Part shown: positions 1 through 13,700 of the stretch, in pieces
Numbering within the stretch: the first letter of the stretch is position 1
How the letters are laid out: each line of letters begins with the position of its first letter
Assembly: GCA_026914245.1 (NCBI GenBank)
Contig: CP110439.1
Span: 3,472,001 to 3,536,000, forward strand
Direction of reading: 5' to 3'
Length of the DNA: 64,000 nucleotides
Source of the DNA: Puccinia triticina
Taxonomy: Eukaryota
The notes under the pieces: generated by a model
What the model was told of the DNA's origin: nothing
What the model saw: the letters and a program-made list of their open reading frames with translations, nothing else
Database searches by the model: none
Program-made: the position numbers and the translations under genes

Positions 1-342
1 CCCGCCGCGCACCCCTTATATCTCATGTTATCATGACACACAATTGCCAAGAAATTTATGGCGCGGAGAATATCCACAATGAAATCATTTCTGAAATTTT
101 GTGACTGTTTGGGTGTGTAACAAAAAAGCTATACAGTTAGCAGTAATTTTCCTACTAAGCCTGCCGCGCACCCCTTATGTCTCATGTTACCATGAAACAA
201 TATTGCCAAGAAATTTATGGCGCGGGGAGTATCCACAATGAAAAAATTTCTGAAATTTTGGGACTGTTTGGGTGTGTAACAAAAAAGCTATACAGTTAGC
301 AGTAATTTTCCTACTAAGCCTGCCGCGCACCCCTTATATCTC
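1..342. repeat. Tandem repeat, 159-bp period, about 2.1 copies visible (continues off the left edge)
   Basis: CC(C/T)GCCGCGCACCCCTTAT recurs at 1, 160 and 319 with near-identical intervening sequence. Confidence 0.9.
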
Positions 343-3300
343 TGGGAAAAATTCTGAAAATTATCATATCATGAATTTGCACATGTACCATGACACTGTG
401 AAATTTTTGGGGCTACTGGGGCACAGGAAGCGATATTACAGGTCCCTGCCGCATTAAAATATGATTATTTCATCTCAATTTTCTCTAGGCTCAAGGAGAC
501 CACCAAATGACTTGATTATTTTTTGGGGGGGTCATAAAAGGTCGTTCTATTGACTCATCAAAAAATATCTCCAGAAAAGTAAGCCGTTTTTTTGGGGGAA
601 TGCACAGTGCGCGAAGAGCCGTAGCGGAAGCGCGCACTGGGGGCGGGACGTCGAGACGACGACCCCCACAGTGCGCAAAGAGTTTTTTTGCAGTGCGCAA
701 AGTAAGTCCGTTTATTTTTAACACATTAGTACAGCAAAAATGATAAGGATTGGGGAGATGAGACCAGCGCCATTTGAAAGCTGAGATTGAGAAGTGTAAT
801 TTGACTCTGGGGCAGGTCCACAGGAGCTGAGGGGGATGCTGGGAGATGCTAAGTATTTTTCCTCCAGCCATTGGTGATTTCTTTCTCAGCCAAACACCAG
901 GGGGGACTTGTGTCAAGTTAGCAAGGTCATAATCATAACCCTTTTCACTCTGCCAACAAACAACAATGCTCAGGCCCACTGCTGCCTTACCAGACACAAA
1001 AAATGGTGTCAAACCTTTGGAAAATCACCAAGATGCTAGTCCGGCAGTCCAAAACTCAACAAAAGCTGAAAAAACTGGTGAGTCTGAACTGAATCATGCA
1101 ATTCCGAGGTCTTGTGAGTCCTCTTGTCTGGAAGTCAAAACCGCAACAAAAACTGACCAAACCAGTTTCAACCATCCACCAAAAACTCACAACTGAAGGC
1201 TCAGAAAAACAAATATTTATGCTTTGAAGACTGTTTGAACCATCTCACCAATCCTTGTGACTTGAAGTTGGTTGGTTGAGTTTCTATGGTCCAAAAATGG
1301 TGTGGTGTATACAATTGTCTACCCACTGTACATGCATAACTGCGGCTATGCCATCCTTGTACTTAGTCTAGACTTGACACACCCAGTATTTTCTCTCTTT
1401 CCTCACCAAGATTGGACCAATTACCAAGCACTAGAGGCCAAGGCGGCTTTGCCGCTGCACTCTTAGGGGTTCAGGGGAAACATTAGCCAGGTTTACTTTG
1501 CTGCATTTTATGCCCCCAACTAAAATTGATGTTGCTGGTTGTTCAAAATGGAAGCTTAAAAAGCCTTAAAATGGTTGTGAGAGCCCAATTTTCAGGAAGA
1601 ACTGGCATTAAATGCAGCTGAATTTAATTAAAATTTTGCTAGTCTATGCCCAACGTGAACTGGGCTATTTGTGAATAGGCCCCCTTTCCCCACCCTGCAA
1701 CAAAGCCCTAACCTCCATGAAAATAGGTGGTATTATCACAGTTAGAATTCATGGTTTGCAAAGTTGAGATGCTGAAAATTTATAAATTAACAAAACCCCC
1801 AGTTGGCATCAAAAAATTCTTATTTGGTCTTGTAATACTAATCAGACTTATCCAAGCATGCACATATTGGTCTCAGCCATAATCAATATTCCTGTTGGGT
1901 ACCTTACCAGCCAACATTATTACAGTATGATGGAGAGCCAAAGGGAGTAATACATTGAGAATGGATAACCCTTAGCCCTTGTTGAGTGGGACAACCCAAT
2001 CAAGATCATAAATCTGCAATCTCTCTGCAAGTTTTACCAAATATTACAATCTCTTTTAACAAACACTTCTTCTAGCCTTGACCCATGAAGTTTTAAACCC
2101 GGCTTGATCTTTTTCCATCTTGAAGATGAAAGTCTCTCATATTTTTGCAATGGCTCCGCGGTTATTTCACCTTATAGATAAGCAATCTTCATTCCATTGG
2201 GGCTAGGCATTACAATGCTTGCTCAAATCTTGCCACCAATGTTGGAATCTTTAGGTTGTTGGGCACAGTTGACAAATGAATTATGTGATTGAAATCACAC
2301 AACATTCAGGCTTGGGAAAGACACTCCCTAGAGCTCACTATACAGAAAGGACGGCACATCAATCTCCACAAATTGAGATCTTGCCCTCCCATTCAAAAGA
2401 GCAACGGCTGAAGCGCGGCGGCAAACCAATCATGCCCACTGTTCACGTATATTGTGACGGTTATATGTGAGTTATGTCCTTCAAATTGTTGTGAGTTGGC
2501 GATGCGCGCTCAATTGGTAGCTCAATGAGGCAAATGAAAGCAACCCTTACCTCTGTTTCTGTTGCCGTGAGATAAAGATGGTTTGGAAGATGCGGCAAAC
2601 AAATACCCAAAAAATAGATTGTCTTCTGCGTCTCTGGGATGATATACAACAAGCGCACGAGCTTTTGAAGACAGTCCTTTCCCGGCAACAGAAGAAGAGA
2701 GAAGCTGTTGAGCTAGAGAAAGCCACCTCTGAGGGCCGTTGTCTGATCCGTGAGATGAAATGCAGCTTGAATGAAGCGGATGGCGATTAAAAGCTTCTAG
2801 TATGTTAAAGGAGAGGAGACGGGAGCGAGAGCAATATGGGAACGGGTAAGTGATATATTTGAGCCTTAAATCATGTTTGTCTGTATGATCTGGCCAACAC
2901 CAAACCTTTTGTGTCATGAATAGTTCAAAAAATGTTGTGGATGTACACAAACAGAAAAGGCAGTGTTTGCACCGCAGGATGGAGAGACACAAGGCTTGTA
3001 CCAGAAACAGAGGATAATTAATTTTTATTTTGCTGATGGAGAGTTGTTTGATTGGAGAGAGTTGACGGCGTTGGAAACCTTCCAAGTTCCTGGCGACACA
3101 TTCTCGGCCAACAATGCTCTTCTTGACACTCGCCATGTACAACAGGCTCGCATGCGGAGCAACCAGGAAGATTGTGACCGCCATGCCTGTGCCCAGCGTT
3201 GGGAGACCGGTGGGCCGGACGAGAATAGCTTTGATGCGCTTGTGGTCCAGCTTCAATGCCTACATACATGGACGCTCAGCGCACAAACTATGGTTGGGAG

Positions 3301-4729
3301 GCACTGGGAAAAGACTGTGTAGTTGGTCTTGTTTTAGCCAGGGACCAAGTTTGCCCAATACATGACAAAGCCACCCCTGTCCTCTACAACCCCTTTGTCC
3401 CACATTTTCCAAAGACAGTTTTGCTCATTGTCCCGGGTGGTAGGGGGGGAAGCATCCAACGGGCTGTGAGGCGTGGTGAGCATGGAAATAGTAGTTATGG
3501 TAGAGGCGCAGTAAGATTGGCAATCACTACTCGAATACTGAGCCAGGCCCTACAAATTGTAGGGCCTGTCTCAGTCGTCGAATATTGAATGGGAGGAGGA
3601 GTTGAGCGCGGCAGGCCGCTTCAGCAGGAGAAGATCTTCCGTCGACAGCAGCCAATCTGCTTCCGCCACTTTGTCCAGCTTCTGCAGCCTTTCCCGGGTC
3701 CTGAGTGGCGGCATGGGTGCGCTTGGAATAACGGTTTGCCGTGCCTTGCGGATTGGCCCAATTAGTGGGCCTAGTAGGGGGAAACCTCGACTGAAGTGGC
3801 TGGTAAAACGTCAGCGCAGGATCCGCGAGGCAATCTGGCCAGACTGGGCAGTTGCTAGCCCCGTCACAATGAATCAGGTAGGGGTCTAGTCAATTGGATA
3901 AGCAGACAGGCTGGCACGGTGACCTGTTGTTGCGGCGCGGTGGTGGCATGGTGAGTGGTGAGAAGTGGTTGGCATGTGAGGTGGCAAAGGTGTTCCTCAG
4001 GCAGGTTGAAGTGGGTGCGGGGATGGAATATATAAGGAGCATCTGATTAGAGTGAGGAAAGCCAGGCGACTCCCCCGGCTGCGCTTCCAGCGGGGTTTCG
4101 TCTCACCCCGTCCGCTGTAGCAGTTGCGCAGTTTGACGGGGATTATTCGGTGGCCCCCCTTTGCTTAACAGCTGGGGGTCATCCTCCCACTTGTTTTTTG
4201 ACCCTGCTAGACAGGGATGAACAGTGGGCCACGATATCTCAGCTTGCTGGGATTGGGTGGCAGGTTGTGGGTTGATTTTTTATTTGTTGTAAGGTCACTT
4301 TGCCATTGTGGGAAATTGTGTGGGTAAAACCCCAGCCTGCCACTTGTAATTTTTTGAAAAGGGGAATCCCTGGCATTTTTTTTTGTGATTTTGTGATTTT
4401 GTAGGGGGAACCCTTGAATTTTTTTTCTATACTTCTGAAGCTTTAATATACTTGGATGCATGAGCTTACTCATGATGCATTTCTTATTTTCAGGTATGTG
4501 TAATCTACTGACCAAGATTGGACTGATACCAAGTTGAAGTGTGCATTGGTTTACCTGTGACACATTTTTTATCACCAGATTTGTATTACTTCTGGAACAT
4601 TTTTGCAAAATTGGTGATAGATTTTCCCCACCCAAAGGTGCCATTTTAAATTGCAAATGAATGAAGTGGGTGTACATAACCCTGCATGAACCCATACAAC
4701 AGAGTAGCCAGAGTTTACTCCAGCTTAAT

Positions 4730-5109
4730 CAACAGAGGGTAGTTGCTGGATAATGGTCACGTAATGGTAAAGCAACAAATTTCCGGCATTACAGTTACAG
4801 TTACTCGTAACAGCGGTGTGTTTATGTTATCAAATGAATTTGAGATAAAAAAAATTGCACAAGCTACGTCATTGCAGTGCGTGGTGAACCATATAACAAA
4901 TAAAAATTAGGCTAAAAATGTTGCTTGTTATTTGCGTTGTCCAGGGGATAACGCCCGTAACCGCTTCAAAAAATGAGGCACATTATGTTACACGCAAGGC
5001 CAAAAAAGACCCCGTTACTAGTAACCTGACAGGCCACAGTGTGTAACAAGGATATTTATGTTACGCAAATCACATGGATAAAATAGTGTAACATAACTAC
5101 CCTCCGTTG
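4730..5109. mobile_element. 380-bp MITE with CAAC termini and 7-bp TSD
   Basis: TIR CAAC(A/G)GAGGGTAGTT at both ends; GCTTAAT at 4723-4729 and 5110-5116; many internal GTAAC/GTTAC motifs. Confidence 0.8.
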
Positions 5110-5714
5110 GCTTAATCAGGTTCAGTCTAGATTCTAATTTCTTTGAATTAATATGCCATTGGCGCCAGTACAACTCCCCACCAGTTTGGGGTTGGATTGG
5201 CTTGCCTTTAGCAGCCTGCAAGCAGATATACCAAGCTGTCAATGATGCATCACAGTAGTCAATATTCCGGACAATCAATCCGGGCAGGGGTGGATCTCAA
5301 GCTGCCAATAAGGGCCCAAGCTTCCAAAATTCAAAGGGAGCAGCCAAGGGCGGCTTTGATCCGCCCCCTCCAACTTTGCCAGCTTTGATGATGGCCAAAA
5401 ATGCCTTGAGGAAAGTTGGACTCAGAATATGCAACATGAATTAAATGCTGTAAGATGCTACACGGTAAAAAGGAAGGCCCGCTGGCTAAGCAAAAAGGCC
5501 CGCTTTGGGGCTCCTGGGCTAAACAAAAGGGTAAACACCAAATTTGTTATATGATCGGGACTCTGCCCCGGGAGGGGACTGGACTCGCAAAGCTTCAGCA
5601 GAGTAGCGTCCTCCTTGAGTCGCTTCATCAGCCCGGGAGTTTGGGACCAAAGTGTCGCCTTATCAATCCACATCCAAGCATCTCGCTGAATGTGTTCGCC
5701 GACGGTACCTGTCC

Positions 5715-7930
5715 TCACAACAATCACCATCAGTGGTAGTCGGACGCCAACTCGTCACAGCTACTCATGGTAAGCTGTTTATACCTTTCTCAGCCTAATC
5801 CTGCGGCACAACCCGCCACTTCCGCGAGCCTGGCTCTCTATCGAGCTTAGCGGGAGGGTCCCCGCGAACACGGGAGGGACTTGTGTTAAGTTCGGCTCTC
5901 TATCAGTGACCTGGAACGCGTCTCTTCCATGCCACGCGTCTCCTACTAGCATCCGCCGACCAATCAAGGCCTGCGTTGCCGAGAACCCTAGAGAAAACAA
6001 GTCCACTATTGATGGGTTGGCGCGCTTCGAAAATCCGTGCGGCTTCAAGAGTGTCTATCATTGAGGTGGGCTGCTATTCCACCAGTCTAATTCGAAATCT
6101 TCCTTGCCATCACGGCAAGGTCTGGTGCATTTTGATGCGGACCACGAAGGAAAATCAGGTGTTAATTTGGATAGACCAGCCATCTTTCTGGACTTCTGGC
6201 GCCTATAAAAGATGCAGTCCGGTCCTCACCCTCCACCTTTCTCCACCCGCCTCCATCCGCAATCGCTTGCAAACTCCCCATCCTATCAGCACCCAAAAAC
6301 TCCAGAACTTTCTTCAGTCCACCGAAAAACAACCAACATCAATCTCCACTCTTGACGTGATCTCAATATCCATTATTCTCACCAAAACTAATAGTTTAGC
6401 AAGGATAATCAGGACTTTCTGAGATCTCCCACCAGAAAAAAAGTACATAGTGAGTACCAGATTCATAAATAATGACCGATATTCTTTCCTCGTGCTCCGA
6501 GACTTGACTGATTTTTTCTTCTTGATTTTCAACAGATCCGTACCCGTCTTTTTTGACTGATTCTCTTCTTAAATACCCAAAGATGTCGCACAATACCCCG
6601 ATGAGCTTGCTTCTCCTCAGCGAGAGTGATTTCATGAGTGTTTCGGAAGGCAGTCAGAGCCCAAGAACCCGGCTTGGATCCAAAACCAGTCTTCCTGCAA
6701 CTCCACTCGAGCCTTCCGTTTTGCGCACCGCCACAGTCAAGTCAATCATCCAGCGCAATCACTACCGCCACGCAAAGGTTGAGCTTGGGCTCTACCTTCT
6801 CCTTGACTCGGATCCTGCGCAAGACAGCAAAAATCTGCCTCCTTTTGCAGGACACAAATCCTCATCCCCTACTGGCAACTACTGGATCGATTCCTCGGAA
6901 TCGGAAACCTCGATTTCTTTCAATGATCCAAACGATATACCCTCCCACCTTTACAACCCTCCGCGTCTGCCAATGATGCAATTGCTCAAGAACTGGTGGC
7001 GATACCGTTAGAGCAGTTGATTTCAAATAATCATTCTGCGAGCTGCAGCACCTCACATCCAGAGCTCTTCGAAATCATGAATGCTTCAATCTTGTGTGCC
7101 CAGCCGCCCCAAAAGATCACGCGCGGAACATTCAAAGCGATGCTCAAGAAGGTTAAACAATCAATGCGGACCATTTGCGCACATTCTCCCGTGAACCCCA
7201 AGCAAGGTTGATTCGGACATCCTACTTTTCCAACCATCAAATCAAAAGGTCGATATCAATTCCCCCCTCGAGCGCATTGAACAATCTGTCAACTTTCGAT
7301 GGATCAAAATCCCGTCCTCAATTTTTAATCTCATCTCTACCAAGCTGGTATCTGTGTCTGTGTCTGTCTTGTAGTGTTCAATTGTCTTCTCCTCGCCTGC
7401 TTCCATCTTTTTGTCAGTGTCTGTCTTGCCTTTTCCTTTTATTTTAATCCTGCATTCTGTTTCTGTCTCTTTGTCTCTCCTTGTTGTCCGCCGCCTTATC
7501 CAAAATACAAAATCCAAATCTCATCATCCTGAGCCCAAAAGCTTGATCTCCCCACCGCTTGAAATTGGCCTTTCAGAAGGGAATCGTACTACGGGCTTGT
7601 TTTGTGAGAGGTGGCAATGCGGGCCTTTGTGTTCCCCGACGTCGCGCGTTTCGAAATCAGTGTTTTTCTGCCGATGAAGAGTCCAGCAGGGGATGCTTGC
7701 TTCGCGACTTCCCGCCACACACTACGCTCCGCAGCAGCGACGTTCAGTTCGAGTCCCTAATTTGCAAGCACATTCTCCCCCTCCTTTTTCCACTGCATAA
7801 CTTGGTCCCCTTTGGGAGTTTGAGTGCAATTTGAAGGCCGTCATTATCAATCCACGTACAATAATCCTACTTATTATGTACCCACTCGGGTTTTCAGGAT
7901 GCGGAATCCGATGCGGGGGCATCATGTGGC
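5715..7930 (+). repeat. Copy 1 of a diverged ~2.2-2.4 kb tandem duplication containing a putative small gene
   Basis: Collinear similarity to 8130-10105, from CACAACAATCACCAT to TTATCAATCCA(C/T)GTAC; shared GCCTATAAAAGATGCAG box and ORF. Ends approximate. Confidence 0.85.
6583..7211 (+). pseudogene. Uncharacterised Ser/Pro-rich gene, copy 1 (ORF stops at 7011, apparent continuation in another frame)
   Basis: TATAAAA near 6204, intron-like stretch ending TTTTCAACAG near 6534, ATG of MSHNTPMSLLLLSESDF; paralogue at 8926. Confidence 0.45.
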
Positions 7931-8129
7931 GGTGGCATCGGGGGGGCCTACGCACGATGGTCGGCGGCGAACATGTCGTTCCGGATGACAGATGTATGGT
8001 GTCTCAAATATAAAATCCATGGAGAGAGCATCCAGCAATAGAACTCCTACATTTCATTTTTTGTACTCTACATGAGCCGGTGTCCAGTGCGATAGATTTG
8101 CACACTTGCCCATGGCACCAGGTTTGTGA

Positions 8130-10105
8130 CCACAACAATCACCATTCAGCGGTACATGGTCAAAGGCCAACTCGACACAGCTAACCAAGGTCCGTTGTTT
8201 CAAATTCTACAGTTTTTTCCCTCCTGCGGTATTTGCGGCGAAGTTCAAACCGCCGCCTCCGCAATCCAAGTTCTTGAGTAACCTGGGACACGTACCTTTG
8301 CCAAAAGCATCGCGTTTGTAGATGCGTCTCCTACCAGCATCCGCCAGCCAATCAAGGCCTGGGTGGTCTGAAGTTTGGTCTGGAACCTGACGGGGAAAAT
8401 AATGCACTATTGATGGATGGGCGCGCCTGGAAATCCCGTCTAGCTTCGAGATTGTGAAGATGATTGAAGTGGGCTGGAATCCCATCAGTCTGAGTCAAAA
8501 TATTCTTTGCTGTCACGGCAAGCCCTGGTCAGTTCTGATGCGGACTATGAAGGAGTATCAGACGTTCTTTTGCGTATACCAGCCTTCTTTCTCCACTGCG
8601 GACGCCTATAAAAGATGCAGTTCGGTCATCACCCTCCACCTTTCTCCATCCGCCTCCATCCGCAATCGCTTCCAAACTCCCCATCTATCAGCACCAAAAA
8701 CAACCGAGATCAATCTTCAGTCTTTTCTTGTCACCAAAACCAGAAGTTTAGCAAACATAATCAGCACCATAGCTTTCCCATCTAAAAAAACATAATGATT
8801 CCCAGATTCATGAATAATGACCGATGTTCTTTCCTTGTGTTCTGTACTGATTTTTCTTTCCTTTGTGATTTTTCAACAGATCCGTTCCCGTGTTTTTTAC
8901 TGATTCTCTTCTTGAATACCCAAAGATGTCGCCCAATACCCTGACAAGCTTGCTTCTCCTTAACAAGGGTGATTTCATGAGTGTTTCGGAAGGCAGTCAG
9001 AGCCCAAGAACCAGACTTGGATCCAAAGCCAGTATTCCTGCGACCCCACTCGACCCTTCCGTTTCGCACACCGCCACAGTCAAGTCAATCATCCAGCGCA
9101 ATCACTACCGCCACGCAAAGGTTGAGCTTGAGCTCTACCTTCTCCTTGACTTGCGCAAGACAGCAAAAATCTGCCTCCTTTGCAGGACACCAATCCTTAT
9201 CCCCTACTGGCAACTACTGGATCGATTCCTCGGAGCCGGAAAACTGAATCTCTTTCAATGGTCCAAACGATATACCCTCCCACCTTTACAACCCTCCGTG
9301 CAATTGTTCAAGAACTGGTGGCGATACTGTTAAAGCAATTGATTCTAAATAATCATTCTGGGACCAGTAGCACCTCACCTCCAGAGCTCTTCAACATTGG
9401 ACTTAATAATTGAATCTTGGATACCCGGGCGCCCCGAAATATCACACAGGGAAAATTGAAAGCAATGATCCAAACCATGTTTGATTTGGAAATCGTGCTA
9501 TCTGTTCTCTGAAAATTAAATCAAGAATTGGATGCTAATTCACCCATGCAGAGCATGCACAATATTTCAATTCTCCATAGTATCTCTCTATGTCTCTGTT
9601 TGTGTTTTTTCGTGTTTTGCTTTGTTTGTGTTTTGCTTTGTTGGTTTCTCCCTGTTTCTATCTGTTTGTTTTTTCTCCGTCATCTTAATATCTGTCCCTT
9701 TCTCTGGGCCTCTTCCTGTCATCTTTCCTTCTTATTCAAAAACAGACAATCCAAAACACATTACCCTGAACGTCCTAACGCTTGCAACATGCCTACAGAG
9801 AAGGGCCAATTCTGATGAGGGTCTCATTTATGAGCAGGCATGACTTTGTGCTCCTGGGGCGTCACACCTTTTCAAATCAGCATTATTCCCGGTAGGGGTG
9901 GCCTTCAACGCTCCACTGCGCAGGACTTTGTTCAGTTTGCATCCTTTGCAAGCGGCATTCTCCTTTTCAGGTTCCTGATTTGATACATGATTGCCCTTGG
10001 GAGTTTGGGTGCGAGGCCGCGTGTTATCAATCCATGTACCAGAATCTCACTTGATGTCAGTCTACTGTGTTTTTTGGGGTGGCATCTGATGTGGGGCCAT
10101 CCGGT
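8130..10105 (+). repeat. Copy 2 of the tandem duplication, more degenerate
   Basis: Same blocks as copy 1; ORF MSPNTLTSLLLLNKGDFMSVSEGSQSPRTRLGSK frameshifted by a deletion near 9150; several CG to CA/TG changes. Confidence 0.85.
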
Positions 10106-10751
10106 AACATAACTAGGAAAAAAGAGCCCTTTTTCTGTGGCAGATATCATCACTAAAATTAAGATATCTGTAACTACCAGATAATGTAACATTAAAAGTT
10201 ATGTTACAGTTATGTTCCCAATTAAAGGTAACGTAATGGCCTACCCTTGCTTGGAGGATGGGCTGGCATGGAGAATTTCTGATCCATATAATGACTGTCA
10301 AATTATTTTATTGATCTTCATTGTTTTGAGTATTGCGGTGTCTGCTCCACCATTGTTTCTTGTTTCCAGACCTCAACAAACCAACCAAACCGCTACCGGG
10401 CTTCCAACCTTGGTTTATCTCCTGAAATATAACCCAACCCCAGCTATCATCTTTGTTTCCTTTTTTTTGGACTGTTATGGTTGAAACTATAGAGAAGAAA
10501 GACCTAATCCTGTCTTGTCTTGGCAAACTATGTAGATTGCTAGATGAGGAGAGTTTGGGGATCTCTCCTCCGCTCTCCCTTAGGATGGAGATCTGTGACA
10601 TGTACTAAATACAACATGTCCCAGGCGTGACCTAGCGTACAGCGCGCGTGCAGCTCATAACACTATCCTGCCTTTAACGCCCAAGCCCCCGGCTCTGCGT
10701 TCTCTTCCCCGGGCAGCATTAAAAAACCCCGTGGGTAAAAAAGCTTAACCC

Positions 10752-13700
10752 TCATAATCTCCTTGTCCGTTTGTGTCGCGTCGCCGCCTGAGGGAATGCC
10801 GTGTTGAACTCGTCCAGTAGTTGTTTAGAGTTTTTCAAGTGGTCTTCCGGTTCCCACGAGTTGTGTTGCGACTTGTAACCTTTCCAGCTGATCAGATATT
10901 CCAGTCTTTTCCCCCGTTTCCTGCAATCCAATATCTCCTCAACCTCCCATTCGTCCTCGCCCTCTACCACTACTGGATCTGGCTGCGCCACTTGTCGTCC
11001 TACAATTCTATCCGGCTCGTGTTTCTTGAGGACTGAAACATGAAAAACTGGGTATACCCCTCTCATTGAGGGGGGCAGTGTCAGTTTATATACCAAATGT
11101 GAGATTTTTTCAACAATTGGAAATGGGCCTAGCCATCTATGAGCCAGTTTTGCGCTAGGCCGCGTTGTTGAAATGTTTCGACCGTTAAGCCACACTGCAT
11201 CGCCTACTGTCCATTTTGGTGTACTGCGGACGCCGCGATCAAATTGAGCCTTCATGACTTCTTGTGCGCCTTCCAGACCGGCCGTCAATTCCTCTTGCAC
11301 CTTGGCTAGCTCTTGTAGTCGTGCCTCCACTTGAGGCAGGCATTGCTCCGACGAAGGTATACCCCCAAATGTCGGCTCGAATCCGTAGTTGGCTTTGAAG
11401 GGCGACATCCCAATGCTTACGTGTTCACTGTTGTTGTACGCGAATTCGGCCGTTGCTAGTAGGTTATCCCAGTTGTCCTGCCTGTAAGTGACGAAATGGC
11501 ACAAGTATTGCTCCACGGCCTTATTCACAATCTTGGATTGGCCATCTGTTCTCGGGTGGTAGGCGGTGGAAGCGCAGAGTCTGATGCCGAGGCGCTTGTT
11601 CAGCTCCTTGGTGATCTGGGAGATAAAGATACTCCCCCTATCAGATACAATGGTCCTGGGTGTCCCGTGTAACTTCCACACCTGTCGAGTCATTAGATCT
11701 GCTAGTTGGACCGCTGTGATTGATTTGTGGCAGGCGATGAAATGCGCCATTTTTGTCAACCGGTCCACCACTGTCAGGATACAGTCGTGGCCGTTTGACT
11801 TTGGGAGGTCGGTGATCAGGTCGTAGAAAATGTTGGTCCATGGTCCTGCGGGTATGGGCAGTGGTTCCAAGGCTCTGTATGGTTTTAACAGTGACGGCTT
11901 TACCCGTTGACACGAGCTGCATCCATTGACATAGCGGTTCACAAACCTCTTCATCAATGGCCAGTTGAAGCAGCGTCTAATCAACGCCAGGGTTTTAGCC
12001 CTCCCCAAGTGGCCCGCTAATAGACTGTCATGCCGGCTTTGTAATATGGCAATCTTGATGTCGTTGTCTGCCGGAACCTTGATCCTCCCACGCCTATACA
12101 CCAGTCCGTCTACGCTTGTGAACCCAGATTCATCTTGTCAACTCGTCTGTCCCTTCAGGTTTTCTATTAGTACAGCTAGTCGTGGGTCCTTGGGAGAAGC
12201 AATTCTAATTAGACTTGGCAATTCGGTGTCTGGAAGTATGGTGTCTGCCCTCTCCTCCGGTTTCCTGGAGTCTTTGATCCCCATGACGTCCACTTCAAAC
12301 CATTTCGCCGCTTCTTCCGCCTCAAAAGATTTGTCCACAAACCAGCAGTCGATCTCCGCAACCTCTGCGAATGTTTCCGGCGTGATATTTTCCGTCCAAA
12401 GGAGTTGTCCGGTGTGGTGCTCCATTCCAAACCATAAGTAGTATTTTATTGCTTCTTTTTACATATATTCATCATTACATAGCCCATCTCCCCTTCACCC
12501 TTCACAAATACCTCATTATTATTACATATTCAGGTTCTACATCAAATTTCACATATAGTCACTCCTACATAGTACCCCCTTATCTTCAATGGTTCAGTAG
12601 TTATAGAGGATATAAGACTTACAGACAACCTACAGTCTTCATTAGTTACAATACTCAATTCATTAGTAACTTACCTGAATCATTACAGTACATTCCTTTT
12701 ACATAATTACTTTCACATACTAAACCCTTTACATACATTTCTCATTATGTACTATACCTATTGTACACATTACATCATTAGATCTGTGCTTACCTCTTTC
12801 ATTAGTGCTCATCATCACAAGTTGTTACTATGTTCTCATCACTCTTCCCCATTAGTACATTCTTTTATTCCCATAACCAGCATTCCCCTTTCAGCATTGC
12901 TCATCATTACATACTGTTACTATTTTCACATCACTCTTCCCCATTTGTACATTCCTTTATTCCCATAGCCAGAATGCCTCCACTGTCTGTGCTCATCCCT
13001 CCTTACTATAAGAACTGTCTTCCCCCCCTCACTTGTACCTCATGCAGAGAACTATATGCAGAATTCTATATACAGAAATTATAAGTTAGAAATTACTCAT
13101 CACCCATTGATATCAGTGCAGTTGCTCCTGAACCCATTGCTATTGAACCTTGCCATTGCATTCCCCACTCTCATCACTCCTCCAACTCTCTTACCCTCAT
13201 TAGTCAGCAGTGAAGCTCATAGTACTAGCTCCTAAGATCAAGCAGAAATCAGCCACACCTTTTCTTCTTTTTCTTAGTGTTACTCTCATCCCCTCAGCAT
13301 TAGTCAGGAAGGCAGCCTCATCAGCACCCTTGCATAGCTTACATTAGTACTATTGTTGCTATCCATTTCCCTTCCAAGCTCTATTCTCCCCTTTGAGTAG
13401 TTCCACACCGGATGATAGCTTGTCCTCTTTTGTCGGGGCTAGGTCAGGGCGTCTGGATAACGCATCCGGTTTAGTGGCCTGTTTACCGGGTCTAAAAACA
13501 ATCTCAAAGTCAAAACACCCTAATGTTTTGGCCCACTGTGCTTGCCGCCTCGTGAGTTTCTTTGTTGTCATGAAACTCTCGAGATTACGGTGGTCAGTAT
13601 ACACTATTGCCTGCAGTCTGTGTGGGCTGCCTTCTAAGTAGTGTCTCCATTCTTTGAAGGGCGCCACAATTGCCAGTAATTCTTTGTCAAAAATTTCATA

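Noticed and set aside
2276..3889. Protein-coding gene among the overlapping short ORFs
   Set aside because: No recognisable domain or consistent exon chain; may be a decayed gene or TE
10100..10250. GTAAC-rich patch as a second copy of the 4730 MITE
   Set aside because: Shares only the short motif; TIRs and TSD not found
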